Shown piece by piece: positions 14,350 to 26,872 of a stretch of 64,000 bases of DNA (position 1 is its first letter; every line of letters starts with the position of its first letter). Below the pieces are notes generated by a model, which saw nothing but the letters and a program-made list of their open reading frames with translations, searched no databases and was not told where the DNA came from. Both the position numbers and the translations under genes were made by a program. This DNA is from Mobula hypostoma (taxonomy: Eukaryota): assembly GCF_963921235.1 (NCBI RefSeq), contig NC_086097.1, forward strand, positions 83,392,001-83,456,000. Direction: 5' to 3'.

Positions 14350-14610
14350 CATAGGACCATAAGACATGGAAGCAGAGTTCTGCCACTCAGCCCATCAACT
14401 CATCTCTGCCATTCCATCACGTCTGATTTATTATCCCTCTCAATCTCATTCTCCTGCCTTCTTCTCTAACCTTTGATGCCCTGACTAACCAAGAATTGAT
14501 CACCCTTTGCTTTAAATATATCCAGTGACTTGGCCTCTACAGCCGTCTGTGGTGTTGTATTTCAGAGATTCACCACCCGCTGGCTACAGAAATTCCTCCT
14601 CATCTCTGTC
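14350..14610 (-). mobile_element. CR1 LINE 3' fragment
   Basis: ccataggaccataagacatggaagcag...ttggcctctacagccgtctgtgg...cagagattcaccacc matches the reverse complement of CR1 3' ends. Confidence 0.6.
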
Positions 14611-15339
14611 ATGTACTCCCACACTGAACTAGTCCAACTTTCAGTGACCTGTCAGGTTTGCTCAGTGTTTACCAAACTTCAGCAGCATAGTCTGCATCAA
14701 ATAAAATCCAGCACTGAAATTCCACTGAAAGCTTTAACAGGCTGGCAAAATTCTTCTTCATTACCACCTTTACCATCAAAATAATGAGGGTTTATAAATG
14801 TCTCTGACATTCAGACAAATAAATAAATAATTGTCCATATTTTAAAAGAATAAAATTAATTAACTATTTGCATGCATAAGTAAAAGCATCAAACTGAAAT
14901 AGTTAAATGATAATCAGTCATAACACGATCAGCATATTACTTGTGACTTGTGCTTCTTTTGCTGTATTTTCTTTGACAAGGCTCAAATGTTACTTCTTAA
15001 CTGCTTATATTTTCATTCAGTGATTTTGAAATCATCCTTTTTGATAAACAATTCTCATAACTTTCATATTTACTAACACTGAAGGCAGTACAGTATATCA
15101 AGAGAATTAAGCATTATGTCCAAGTTGACAGTCTGACAGACATACATTATCTACATTCTGCTTACTGTAGCCTTCCATCATTGCCCAGACTGCCTTTTTT
15201 CATGTTAAATCCTCCTCACCATCTACCTTCTTAACCACTAGGTCAGTCACCTCTACAGACCATTCTCCTACTTCATCCGAATCTTGTCTTGCCGTTTTGT
15301 GATGTGCCTTGTCCCAGAAAATGAAATAAGTGATATTAG

Positions 15340-15428
15340 ACGAAGGGTCTCGGCCTTAAACGTCGACTGTACCTCTTCCTAGAGATGCTGCCTGGCCTGC
15401 TGCGTTCACCAGCAACTTTGATGTGTGT
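15340..15428 (+). mobile_element. 89-bp Penelope-like terminal fragment with target-site duplication
   Basis: acgaagggtctcggccttaaacgtcgactgt...gctgcctggcctgctgcgttcaccagcaactttgatgtgtgt, flanked by taagtgatattag (15327-15339) and taagtgattttag (15429-15441). Confidence 0.75.
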
Positions 15429-15817
15429 TAAGTGATTTTAGGATGTCCCAAAGTACTTTGCAGCCATTTATCTATTGTTAAATTGCAGTAATTCTTGCAA
15501 TGTACAAAACAGGGTAGCCAGCAGGTGTCCGCAAACAGCAAACTCGCCTGTTCTTCTTTGCAGGCCAACTCAGTTTAACATCTCATACAACGATTAGTAT
15601 CTCTCATAGTGCAGTAATTTTTCAGAACTCCAGTTACCAGTATATATTGTGTGTGTATATCTTTGAAAGAGAAGTCATTTCATTTTGCAGTTCTGACCCC
15701 GAATGGGGAAGCTGCCAGTGAGGTTTAGCTAATATAAGATGTCCCAGTATAAAATGGTTGTAGTTGGTTGCAGTAAGTTTGCAGCTACAAAGCTATTTAT
15801 TTTTTTACTGTCCGCAG

Positions 15818-16033
15818 ATGAGTCAGGCAGTGGACAGCCTGATACGGTGGACCTCACTGTATGTCAAGCTCCCGGAGGGGAATACTATTTAGAAGGAGAA
15901 ACCTGGAACATGGACACTTGCACACAATGTACTTGTCACAGTGGGCGCGTACTCTGTGACACTGAGGTGTGCCCACCTCTCCTATGCCAAGCACCAATCA
16001 AAGAATCAGATGCCTGTTGTTTGACATGTCCAG
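15818..16033 (+). CDS. CRIM1-like: CRIM1-like exon (VWC domain)
   Basis: ttttactgtccgcag acceptor and gtgggt donor, 216 nt, phase 1-1. CQAPGGEYYLEGETWNMDTCTQCTCHSGRVLCDTEVCPPLLCQAPIKESDACCLTC. Confidence 0.95.
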
Positions 16034-16305
16034 GTGGGTGACTGCTAGGGGAGCTGTTTGGTATGTATATATTGATAATCAACATAATATGTACTCTGCT
16101 GAGAAAATTATGAAACCCCTACTGGCAAACCATCAAAGGAGATTTTCAGTATCATCCTGATATCTGTAGTGCTTCATTTAAACACTCATTTACTCTTTGA
16201 GGAAGGCAGTTTGTTGAACAACCAGTTGTCCAGTCTTTCAGCATAAGTATGTTGAAGGGAGTAGGTGCTCTCATGTCATTCTGTGTATATTTATAACATT
16301 TTATG

Positions 16306-17360
16306 AACATAGGAGATTCTGCAGGTGCTGAAAATTCAGAGCAACATGCTGGAGGAACTACGGAGCATCTATGGAAATAAATAAACAGTTGACGTTTCGG
16401 GCCGAGAAAATTCTTCAGTACTGGGAAGGAAGGAGGAAGATGCCAGGAAAAGAAAGTTTGGGGAAAGGGAAGGAGGACAAGCTAGAAGGTGATAGGAAAA
16501 GCCAGGTTGCTGAGAAAGGTAAAGGGCTGGAGAAGAAGGAACATGATGGGAGGACAGAGTCGACCATGGGAGAAAGGGAAGAAGGAAGCACACCAGGGAT
16601 AAGTGATAGGCAGGTGAGGAGAAGAGGTAAGAAGCCAGATTAGGGAATAGAAAAAGAGAGAAGGGGAAGGGGGAGAAAGGAAAAAAAAGAGGGAAAAAGC
16701 ATCACCAGAAGGAGAAATTGATGTTCATATCATAAGGTTGGAGGCTATCCAGTTGTTGCTGCTACACCCCAAGAGTTGCTTCATCATAGCAGTAGAGGAG
16801 GCCGTGCACTGACATATCAGAATAGGAATGGGGATAGGAATTAAAATGGCTGGCCACCAGGAAATTCCGCTCTTGGCATATGGAGTGTAGGTGCTCGACA
16901 GAGCAATCCCCCAGTTTACATCAGGTCTCTCCAATGCAGAGGAGGCCGCATCGGGAGCACTGGATATAATAGACGTCCCCAGCTATAAGGACTGCTTGGG
17001 GCCTTGAGTGGAGGTGAGGGAGGAGATGAATGGGTAGATATAGCATTTCTGTTACTTGAAGGGATATGTGCCAGGAGGAAGATTAGTGGGAGGGACAAAC
17101 GGAAAAAGGAGTAATGGAGGGAGAGATCCCTGCAGAAAGTGGGGGGGGGAGGGGGAAGTAAGGATGTGTTTGGTTGTAGGGTCCCGCTGAAGATGGCGGA
17201 AGTTGCGGAGAATGGTGGGTTGAATGCGAAGGCTCATGAGGCAGTAAATGGGCGAGAGGAACTCTATCATTGTTAAGGTGGTGGAAGGATGCAGTGAGCA
17301 CAGGAAATGCGGGAGATGTGGGTAAGGACCACATCAATGGTAGAGGAAGGGAAACCCAGT
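16306..17360 (-). mobile_element. Penelope-like retroelement, degenerate 3' part
   Basis: Minus-strand remnants LRIQPTILRNFRHLQRDPTTKHI and PPTNLPPGTYP, plus a GIY-YIG-region remnant homologous to 45105-45380. Purine-rich tract and a terminal repeat with hammerhead-like core at about 16386-16423. Confidence 0.8.
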
Positions 17361-18429
17361 TCTTTGAACATTTTATAATGTTTATAAATGTTGTAACATT
17401 TTATGGTGCTTTCCATTGGAATGTGCACCTACTGATGGGGGAGAAAAGGTTGTTAAAAAAATCCATTTATAACGCCATCTGCAATCATTTTCCTAAATGT
17501 AATCTCACTTTAAAGCAGAAAGAAACCCTGTGACTGCAGTGTAGCGAGTGTTTTTTATCTTAATGAGATTAAACAACGGTACTCTCATGAAAGCAGGTGC
17601 GCCTTTGGGAATGCGTAACATCTGTTTCTTCAAATCAAATCAGACCATACCTGTTACTTTTCTGTGAAGCAACTTGTGTAGCCAATTGTCAGTAAATTTT
17701 GAGCTCTTTTACTTCCTCCAGTATATTGTGGCTGTGAACTATTTTTAAGCCGATTTTTGACCTCTTACGCCTGTTTGCCCAACACATGTAATGAATATAT
17801 ATGTTGAAAAAGGCACCTACAGTTAACAATAATGCAGATTAATGGTTACCATGGATATGTCAAAAAGAGACTTAGACAAAAATCCAAGAACAAAAGCTTC
17901 TCGCTGTATGTCAGTACATATGACAATAATAAACCAGTTCCAATTCCAACACCCACAATAACTAAAGAATCAGGGAAAAAATCCTGGATTTTCTTTCCAG
18001 GGATGGAACAACAGCAAGGGAGAAGATGGAAAAAGCACCATTGGGAATATTGAGGCATTCATATCATTTTCTCCACCATTGTTTAACCACCCTATCACAT
18101 ATCAGTGACTTCATCCAGTGGCTATTTTGTTTTGCTCGTGATCCAGTGTCATTTCATCGGTGCATGCATTATTCCAAAGCTGTAAGTAGTTAGGGGCTTC
18201 AGTTATTTCTTTTCCAATCCTAATTTGCTTCACATCCCTGCATTATTCATCCTTGTCTATTTATTAGCCTTCTTTTCTAAGCAGTAATAACAAGTGAAGT
18301 ACCTTGCTGTACAATGAGGAACGCATCGAACATTGAAATTCTGCTTAATACTTAGTGAGTCTAGTGTAGAGAAATGATATTGATTTAATAAGGGAGCTTA
18401 AGGTAAAAAGAACCCTAAGGAAGCAGTGA

Positions 18430-20470
18430 TCATAATATGATAGAATTCACCCTGCAGTTTGAGAGGGAGGAGCTAAAATCAGATTTACCAGTATTACAGT
18501 TAACTACAGAGGCATGAGAGAGGAGCTGGTTGGATAGTGACACTAACAGAGATGACAGCGTTGGCTGGAGTTTGTAAGAGAAATTCGAAAGGGGCAGGAT
18601 CAGTCCATCCCAAGGAAGAAGAAGCACCTTAAAGAGAGCTGAGACAACCATGGCTGACAAGGGAGGTCAAAGACAGTATCAGAGTAAAAGAGAAGGCAGA
18701 TAATATACCAAATATTAGTGGGAAGCTTTTAAAAACCAACAGAAGGCACTAAAAAACATTAAGAAGAGATAATATGAAATACAAAGGTAAGCTAGCCAAT
18801 AATATAAAAGAAGATACCAGAAGTTTTTTTAGATATGCATACACCATAAAGGGTAAAAGAGAATTAAGAATGAATATCAGACTACTGGAAATGGTGCTGC
18901 AGAGGTAGTAATAGACAATAGGTGCAGGAGTAGGCCATTCGGCCCTTCGAGCCAGCACCGCCATTCACTGTGATCATGGCTGATCATCCACTATCAGTAT
19001 CCAGTTCCTGCCTTATCCCCATAACCTTTGATTCCACTATCTTTAAGAGCTCTATCCATCTCCTTTTTGAAAGCATCCAGAGACTTGGCCTCCACAGCCT
19101 TCTGGGGCAGAGCATTCCATATATCCACCACTCTCTGGGTGAAAAAGTTTTTCCTCAACTCCGTTCTAAATGGCCTACCCCTAATTCTTAAACTGTGGCC
19201 TCTGGTTCTGGACTCACCCATCAGCGGGAACATGCTTCCTGCCTGCAGCGTGTCCAATCCCTTAATAATCTTATATGTTTCAATAAGATCCCCTCTCAGC
19301 CTTCTAAATTCCAGAGTATACAAGCCCAGTCACTCCAATCTTTCGACATATGACAGTCCCGCCATCCCAGGAATTAACCTTGTGAACCTACGCTGCACTC
19401 CTTCAATAGCAAGAATGTCCTTCCTCAAATTTGGAGACCAAAACTGCACACAGTACTCCGGGTGTGCTCTCACCAGGGCCCTGTACAGCTGCAGAAGGAC
19501 CTCTTTGCTCTTATACTCAATTCCCCTTGTTATGAAGGCCAGCATGCCATTAGCTTTTTTCACAGCCTGCTGTACTTGCATACTTGCTTTCAGTGACTGA
19601 TGTACAAGAACATCTAGATCTCGTTGTGACTGGGTAATGGGAAATAAAGGAATGGTGGAAAAACTGAGTAAATATTGTGCAACTTTCTTCACTATGGAAG
19701 AATTCAGCAGTGTGTCAGAAATTTGAGAGTGTCGGGGGTAAAGGTGAGTGTAGTCACTATTACTGAAGAGAAGGTGCTTGGGAAGATAAAAGATTTTAAC
19801 GTAGATAAGTCACCTGGACTAGGTGCATTACACCCCAGGGTTCTGAAAAATGTCACGGAAGAGATAATAGAGGCTTTAGTGGTGATTAGAAGGGGGGTCG
19901 GGGGGGGAAGAGAGGAAATTATAAGCCAGTTAGCCTGACTTTAGAGGATGCGAAGACGTTAGAGTCCATTATTAAGGATGATGTTTCACATTATTTAAAA
20001 TAAGTTGAAGTCAGCATGGTTTCCTTAAGGGGAAATCTTACCTGACATATCAGTTGGAATTCTCTGAGGAAATATCAGGTAGGATAGACAAAGTAGGGAC
20101 AGTAGATACTGTTAACTTAGGTTTTCAGAAGGCCTTTGACAAAGTGCTGCACATAAGGCTGCTAACCAAGTAAAGAGCCCATGGTGTTATAGGAAAGATA
20201 CTAGAATGGATAGAAATTTGGCTGACTGACATAAGCAAAAAGTCAGAATAAAGGGGCCCTTTTCTGGCTGGCTGCAGTGACTCATGGTGTGCCACAGAGT
20301 TCAGTGTTAGGTCCACTGCTTTTCACATTATATGTTAATGATCTGGATGATGGAATTGATGGTTTTGTGGCCAAGGTTGCAGATGATACAATGGTAGGCA
20401 TAGGGACAATGAAATTGAGGAAGCAGGTAGATTGCAGAAAGACTGAGATGGACCAGGAGAATGGGCAAAT
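18430..20470 (+). mobile_element. Older CR1 LINE ORF2 remnant, host of a nested CR1
   Basis: Frameshifted RT motifs DKSPG..ALHPRVLK, FQKAFDKV, GVPQSSVLGPLLFTLYVNDLDDG..KVADDT. Confidence 0.85.
18913..19633 (-). mobile_element. Young CR1 LINE 3' fragment nested in older CR1
   Basis: QVQQAVKKANGMLAFITRGIEYKSKEVLLQLYRALVR...LEFRRLRGDLIETYKIIKG...KGYGDKAGTGY. TATTGTC-type tail; gtaat is duplicated at both ends. Confidence 0.9.
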
Positions 20471-21072
20471 AAGTAGCACAGTTTACGTATCTTTGCTTTC
20501 AATAGAATTACAACTCAGCACCTATTCCTACAGTCAGGTGATCTGATCAAGAAGTCTGCTTAGATATAATATTAAAACACAATCCCACCACTACCAGTTC
20601 TGTTCAAGTAATTGAATCAATCTGGAATTACAGTTAACCTTATGAAACTATTGTTTTTTTTCAAGAAAAATAAAAGTCCACTTCACTGAATGAAACCTGG
20701 AACTTTCTTTCCTCCATTCAGAATGAGTAAAATATTAAAAATAAATGCTGGCATTCTGTTACTAGATTAATAAAAACTTGACCAAAGTCCATATACTCAA
20801 ATGCTTTTCCGTACCCACACTAACCTGACCCAGAGGCACCTGCACAAAAGCAGGCAAGAACAAATGCCAAACAAATCATCCCACCTCAGATTAGTACTGA
20901 TACAGACCAGTATGGCATGACTTGATCTAGCCTGAGCCATGATGTTTTAGAACATTGAAGTCCAACCTAACCTGGAGTTGAAACATATCATTGAGTACTG
21001 TTAAGTTTCAGTTGGAGAGGCAGTTTCTGATTAGATTGGCAGGTAATAGAACAGGCATCAAGAATGAGCATA

Positions 21073-21584
21073 CACTCAGTGGCCATTTTATTAGGTGCAC
21101 ATGTACAACTGCTCGTTAATGCAAATATCCAATCAGTAAATCATGTGGCAGTAACTCAATGCATAAAAGCATGCAGACATGGTCAAGAGCTTCAGTTGTT
21201 GGTCAAACCAACTATCAGAATGGGGAAGAAATGTGTTCTAAGTGACTTTGACTGTGGAATGATTGTTCGTGTCAGACGGGCTGGTTAGAGTATCTCAGAA
21301 ACTGCTGATCATCTGAGTTTTTCACCCACAACAATCTCTAGAGTTTAGGGAAAGGTGCAAAAAAACACAAAAAAAAATCTGGTGAGCAGCAGTTCTGTGG
21401 GCAAAAAAAAAATTGAGAGAAGTCAACGGAGAGTGACAGTAATTCAGATAGCCACATGTTACAACAGTAGTGTGCAGAAGAGCGTCTCTGAATGCACAGC
21501 ACATCGAAACTTAAAATGAGTGGGCTACAGCAGCAGACCACACCGTAGTCCCACTCCTGTACCTAATAAAGTGGCCACTGAGTG
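21073..21584 (+). mobile_element. Tc1-family non-autonomous DNA transposon with both TIRs
   Basis: TIRs CACTCAGTGGCCATTTTATTAGGT ... ACCTAATAAAGTGGCCACTGAGTG, flanked by TA on both sides. Internal MGKKCVLSDFDCGMIVRVRRAG*SISETAD..FSPTTISRV is a Tc1 transposase N-terminal HTH remnant. Confidence 0.92.
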
Positions 21585-22109
21585 TACATTCCATGACAGT
21601 GTAAATTAGAATGAAAAATTATGTATTTACAGAATGAAGCATTAAAAGATGCCTTTGCACCAATGTAAATTTTAGTGCCTTTTGGTTTTGTGGAAAAGCA
21701 TTAAGATTTTCTCTTTACATACCATGTTGCTTAGGTCAGTTTGCTCCAAAGGACCAAAGAAGGAAAATGTAATGATGTGTCTAAATTAAATTTCTTTCTA
21801 TTATGTAACAGATTTTAAAGATGTATATTGTACTTGATAACATTTCTATTAAGTAGTGGTATTCTGGAGATTCTGTAATCTATCTGCTTCTAGAACTACT
21901 GGTATCTGATACTTGAGTCACTTCATCGATTTCCAAGTGATGGTCATTTGGTTCTGAAGCTGTTTGATGAGTGTAATTTTATTCACACCACAATATAACT
22001 TTTCAGAAGGTTAATGAAATGCAGTTGGAGTATTTGATAGGTGATACTTGCACATAAAATTTGATGAAGAAAGGATAATTGAACATTTTGTAAGTGGAAA
22101 AAGATTCTC

Positions 22110-23570
22110 AGTCATATAGCACAACAGCATAAAATCTGGCCCTTTAGGCTATTAAGTCCATGCCAACCTGTTTTTCAGATTAATCCCATCTACCCGCACC
22201 CAGACCATAGCCCTCTGTACTCTAATCCATATATATGTATATATACAAATTTCTCTTAAATTTTGCATTTAAACCTGGATCTACCTCTTTTGCTGGCACC
22301 CTCTGATTGAAGAAGTTCTCCCTCAGATTCCCCTTAAATATTTCACCTTTCACACTAAACCTCTGATCTGTAGTTCTAGTCTCACCCAACCTCAGGGGGA
22401 AAAGCCTGCATCTATTTACCCTATCTATATCCCTCGGAATTTTGTATGCCTCTGTAAGATCTCCACTCGTCCTCCTTTGCTCCAGGGAATGAAGTCCTAA
22501 TCTATTGAATCTTTCCCTATAACTCAGTTCCTCAAGTCCTGGTAAATCCATGTAAATTTTCTCTGCACTTCTTAAAGCTTATTGATGTCTTTTTTCCTGT
22601 CAATGGGTGATCAGAACTGCACAGAATACTCCAAATTTAGCCTTACCAATGTCTTATACAACTTCAACATCACATCCCAACTCCTAAACTGAGAATTTTG
22701 ATTTATGAAGGCCAATGTGCCAAACGGTCTCTCTACCTGTGACACCACTTTCAAGGAATTATGGATCTGTATTCCCAGATCACTTTGTTCTACTGCATTC
22801 CTCTGTGCCCAACCATTCACTGTATAAGTCGACCCTGGTTGGTCCTGCTGAAGTGTAATACTGCAGTCTTGTCTGCATAAAATTCCATCTCCCATTTTCC
22901 TAGCTTGTCCCGATCCTGCTCCAAGCTTTGATAGACTTCCTCAAAATCCATTGGGCCCCCAAATCTTGGTGTAATCTGCAAATTTTCTGATCCAGATTAT
23001 CACATTATCACCCAAATCATTAATATAGATGACAAACAACAAGGGAACCAGCACCAATCCCTGTGGCACACCACTAATCACAAGCCCCCAATCAGAGAGA
23101 CCGCCATCTGCTACTGCTCTCTGTCTTCTTTCACTAAGCAAATGCTGAATTCAATTTACTGCTTCATTCTGAATGCTAAATTACATAACCTTCTAGACCA
23201 GCCTCCCATGTGGGACTTTGTCGAAGGCCTTGCTTAAGTCCATGTAGATTTCCTTCAATAACCTTCCTCACAAGCACGCAAAAACTCTGTAAGATTGATT
23301 AGACACTATTTACCTTGCAAGACGTCATTTTGACTATCCCTAATCAGTCCCTGTCTATCCAAATATTTATATATCCTGCCCCTTGGGATACCCTCCAATA
23401 ATTTACCCACGACTGATGTCAGGATCACCAGCCTATAATTTCCCAGCTAATTTTTTAGTGCTTTTCTTGTGAACAATAGAACAATATTTGCTCTCCTCCA
23501 GTCTTCTAGCACCTCAGATGTGGTTAAAGACATTTTAAATATCTGTGCCAGGGCTCCTGCAATTTCTGTA
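22110..23570 (-). mobile_element. CR1 LINE ORF2 3' remnant
   Basis: SGVPQGLVLVPLLFVIYINDL..RKFADYTKI; DVMLKLYKTLVRLNLEYSVQF; PGLEELSYRERFNRLGLHSLEQRR. Confidence 0.88.
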
Positions 23571-24493
23571 CGTTCTTCCACTGTTAATTTCAGCAGTCAT
23601 TTATCAAGCAAGTTTTCAAATATGGTTTGTCAAGTAATTAAATCACAAACAAAAAGAGCAAGTGAAGTTGGGAAAAGTTTGCACCCCTTGAAAAAGAGTG
23701 CATACAATCGACAAGCAACTATCTTCTATACAGTATAGGTGTAATAGTGCCAATGTGTTGAATAATATTAACAGTTAACTAATTCCCTTTTTTTATGTTG
23801 CTTTATAAAACTATCAGATCTAATATGGATCAAAGAAATTTAGCAATGTTGCTCCATTTTTATGTCTTAATGGAGTAATTTTCTAAGTATCTAAAGACAA
23901 ACAAAAAGACTTCCCGGTATCAGTCATGCCAATGAATGGTCTCCAAGATTTCAACAGCTTTTAAAAAAATATTTTTGAATGCTTTTGTTGAGAAGAACTG
24001 TAAGATTATGATTTGCCTCAGCAGTTTTCCCAATAATGTTTCATGTTGTCATGTTTAATGGTGTTACCTGAATGAATGCATAATAATATAATGAGACTTT
24101 GATGAGTGCAGTAGAGTGACGATGAATATTCATCATGTAATATAATTTGTGATTGCAGTTCATTATTAGACCTAGAGATACCTCAAAGTTTATGTTAGTC
24201 AGTTATCAGCACTGTGTTTGAGCCTCCATTTCAACATCACTATGATTTCATAGACTTCACTTTTGCAAGCATGACAGATGGACAGATACAATTTGCTGCA
24301 CTAGATCATCAAGAAAAATTTCTGCAACTGAGCAAACAGCTTGATTTTTATCATTCATGTTTCCTGAACTTTTGGTACTCCTTATTTTTCATTATTCAAA
24401 GCCATTCAATAGACATAAAATTAAGTCTTTACTCATAGTATATGTTCTTTGTGTCTCAAATCTAAGATATGTTTCTTAAAATTTTCTTCGCAG

Positions 24494-24715
24494 AAGATCA
24501 GTTGAAAACCCTGTTGTTGACCAATGGCAGTGAGTCTGGATATTGTATGTCCAGTGATGGAGATATTCTGTTAGTTGGAGAGTCTTGGAAGCCAAACGCC
24601 TGTACAAGCTGCATATGTGGTGATGGTGCCATTCAGTGTTTCTCTCAGACATGTCCAGCTGCTTTATGTAGGCTGCCAGTTCTAAGGAAAGGACAGTGTT
24701 GCCCCTATTGTTTGG
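24494..24715 (+). CDS. CRIM1-like: CRIM1-like exon (VWC domain)
   Basis: ttttcttcgcag acceptor and gtaagt donor, 222 nt, phase 1-1. CMSSDGDILLVGESWKPNACTSCICGDGAIQCFSQTCPAALCRLPVLRKGQCCPYC. Confidence 0.95.
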
Positions 24716-25289
24716 GTAAGTAAATTGCCTTTGTGCCCCCAATACATTGAAAGTCATTTCTTTGGATAAATATTTTTCCTATCCTGTCAAGGAGAAATTA
24801 TTATGGAAGGTCAGGCCATGGCAAGCATTTTTATCCAGTTTCAAACACTCATGTTGTTTATCATTGTGGTGTAGTTGGATGATTGCATTAATGTCTTGTA
24901 GTGAATCGTGTGACAATCTAACTAAGCAAATTCAAGAGTAATTAATCCAACTTAGTTAAAACAAAAAGTCCAGAACTGGAAAATAATTTAACAAAAATGG
25001 TTAGATTTTGAAGTTGATATAAATAATCATCTTTGCTGTCTTATAATTTTGTTGATATATTTTGGAATCCACTCTCAAAGAAGTATTTTAAGCGATAAAT
25101 TTGCGCAAGTTTAGGATGCAGGAAGATTCCAAAATCATCATGTATGATGAGAATGAAATTCTTTAATAGGAATTACACTTATCAACTATTTAGCTTTTTA
25201 CTTTTACTTTAAATTCCTAATATCTACTCAGATTGGAATAGGGTAGGCACAGATTACATGACTACCAGATTTTGAAATGTTGGAGCATA

Positions 25290-25550
25290 TGTACATTTCA
25301 GCCTGTGATGTCTGTACTGGGTATGATGCCAAACTTCCTAATGCCTACACAGTACACATATTCTCTCCATTCCTGCATAGTCATGTGCCTATTTAAAAGC
25401 CTCTTGAACGCCACTGTTATATCTGCTGCCATTACCACCCCTGGCAGTGTATACTGGGCACCTTTCACTCTGTGTTTAAAAAAAAAACTTACTCTGTACA
25501 TTTCCTTCAACACTCCTCCTCATTTTAAAGCTATGTCCCCTAGTATTCAA
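25290..25550 (-). mobile_element. CR1 LINE 3' fragment
   Basis: FFFKHRVKGAQYTLPGVVMAADITVAFKRLLNRHM is a degenerate CR1 ORF2 C-terminus. Confidence 0.6.
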
Positions 25551-26551
25551 AGTATATTTTATATAATCAGGAATAGTCTGCCACCTTTAAGAAATCGTGT
25601 TCATCTTAGCAAATGTCTCAGTTCCATCTCTTTTGCTCTCCAGGGAAAGACTGCTAAGTTAATTTATTTTGTTGCTGCCCCCTCCTACTAAATTAATATT
25701 ACAAACATGATACATTTCAGCTGGAAAGCTTTTCCTGACTTTATTTTGACGTGTAACTTCCCAATGAAGAATTTATATTTTATCCAATACTTTAGCAGGT
25801 TTATGGAAAAATTACAAATGCATTCACAGGCAGTAAAATATTGTCAGAAGTAATTAAATTTGCTGTTAGATTGTAGATTAAAACCAGGCAAATACAGTGG
25901 AGTGGTTGGTAGATTGGAAGAAAATGTAGGAATGAGTAAGTTTTGTGCATACAAGATCCCGTAAAAAGTTGGAGTTTGAAATACCCTGCCAAGTTTTTGG
26001 TGCAGAATTTGTTGCATTCTCTGTGTGCACCTTTTATTCTATTGAGAGTGAATTAACGGAGTTAATTGAAAGGGGCAACAAAGAATTCCTCTTCACATGG
26101 GTTTTAGTTTCTCACAAATAACTCGAGCCATATTAAGGAGGATAGTTTTGTTTTAATATGCTTTACTACTAGTGCACTGAAAACTTGCTTTATTTCATCC
26201 TCAAGCTCTCAAATTTTTCTGGAGAATTTTGTCAACTGAGCATTAAGTAAGCTCAGATCAGCTATATATTTAATGTAAACTACCAGTATGCGAATGGTAG
26301 GTCATAACTACTGCTTGGGCCCCTAATGAGAAATGGATGTAAGGGATGGAAGCCAAGAGATTAGATTGAAAAATCAGATAAAGCTGCTGTGACTTGCTGG
26401 AAAATAATTCCATTTTTCAACCCAGTGAATCTGAGAGTTGCATTCTTTAGCAATAATAATGATTGACACCAAAATGCAGGAGATGCTCAGTAGTCTTCCT
26501 CTCTTTATGAAGAACTTCTTTCATTTATTGCCAATTTTTCCTTGTTTTAAG

Positions 26552-26674
26552 ACATGCCAACAGTTTCTTCACCAACAACAGAGGCTGCTGATATATCACC
26601 GGAGAAGTCAACTGAACGAAAGGATAAGGGGGTACCTCCACCATCTGTTCAGCCTGATTTATCATTATTCACAG
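26552..26674 (+). CDS. CRIM1-like: CRIM1-like exon (Ser/Thr/Pro-rich extracellular stalk)
   Basis: tttttccttgttttaag acceptor and gtaaag donor, 123 nt, phase 1-1. Open frame DMPTVSSPTTEAADISPEKSTERKDKGVPPPSVQPDLSLFT. Low complexity, so supported mainly by splice signals and phase. Confidence 0.78.
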
Positions 26675-26872
26675 GTAAAGGAAAACTTGATCACAAGCCA
26701 TTGAGCTGTAGATTATTTTCAGTAAAATGAACAAAGCAGTCCTCTTATAATGTTTCTAAAATTATGAGTTAGGAATATAGTTTGAGTTAATAACTCTTGC
26801 TGTGTAGTTTGGTCAACTGATGAATTGGATTTATTTATGTAAGCTCTTTTTCTTTTAAAAGTGCCATATTTA

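Noticed and set aside
19028..19600. 190-aa plus-strand ORF, and similar ones at 41755-42216 and 57119-57442
   Set aside because: Antisense shadow frames of CR1 ORF2.
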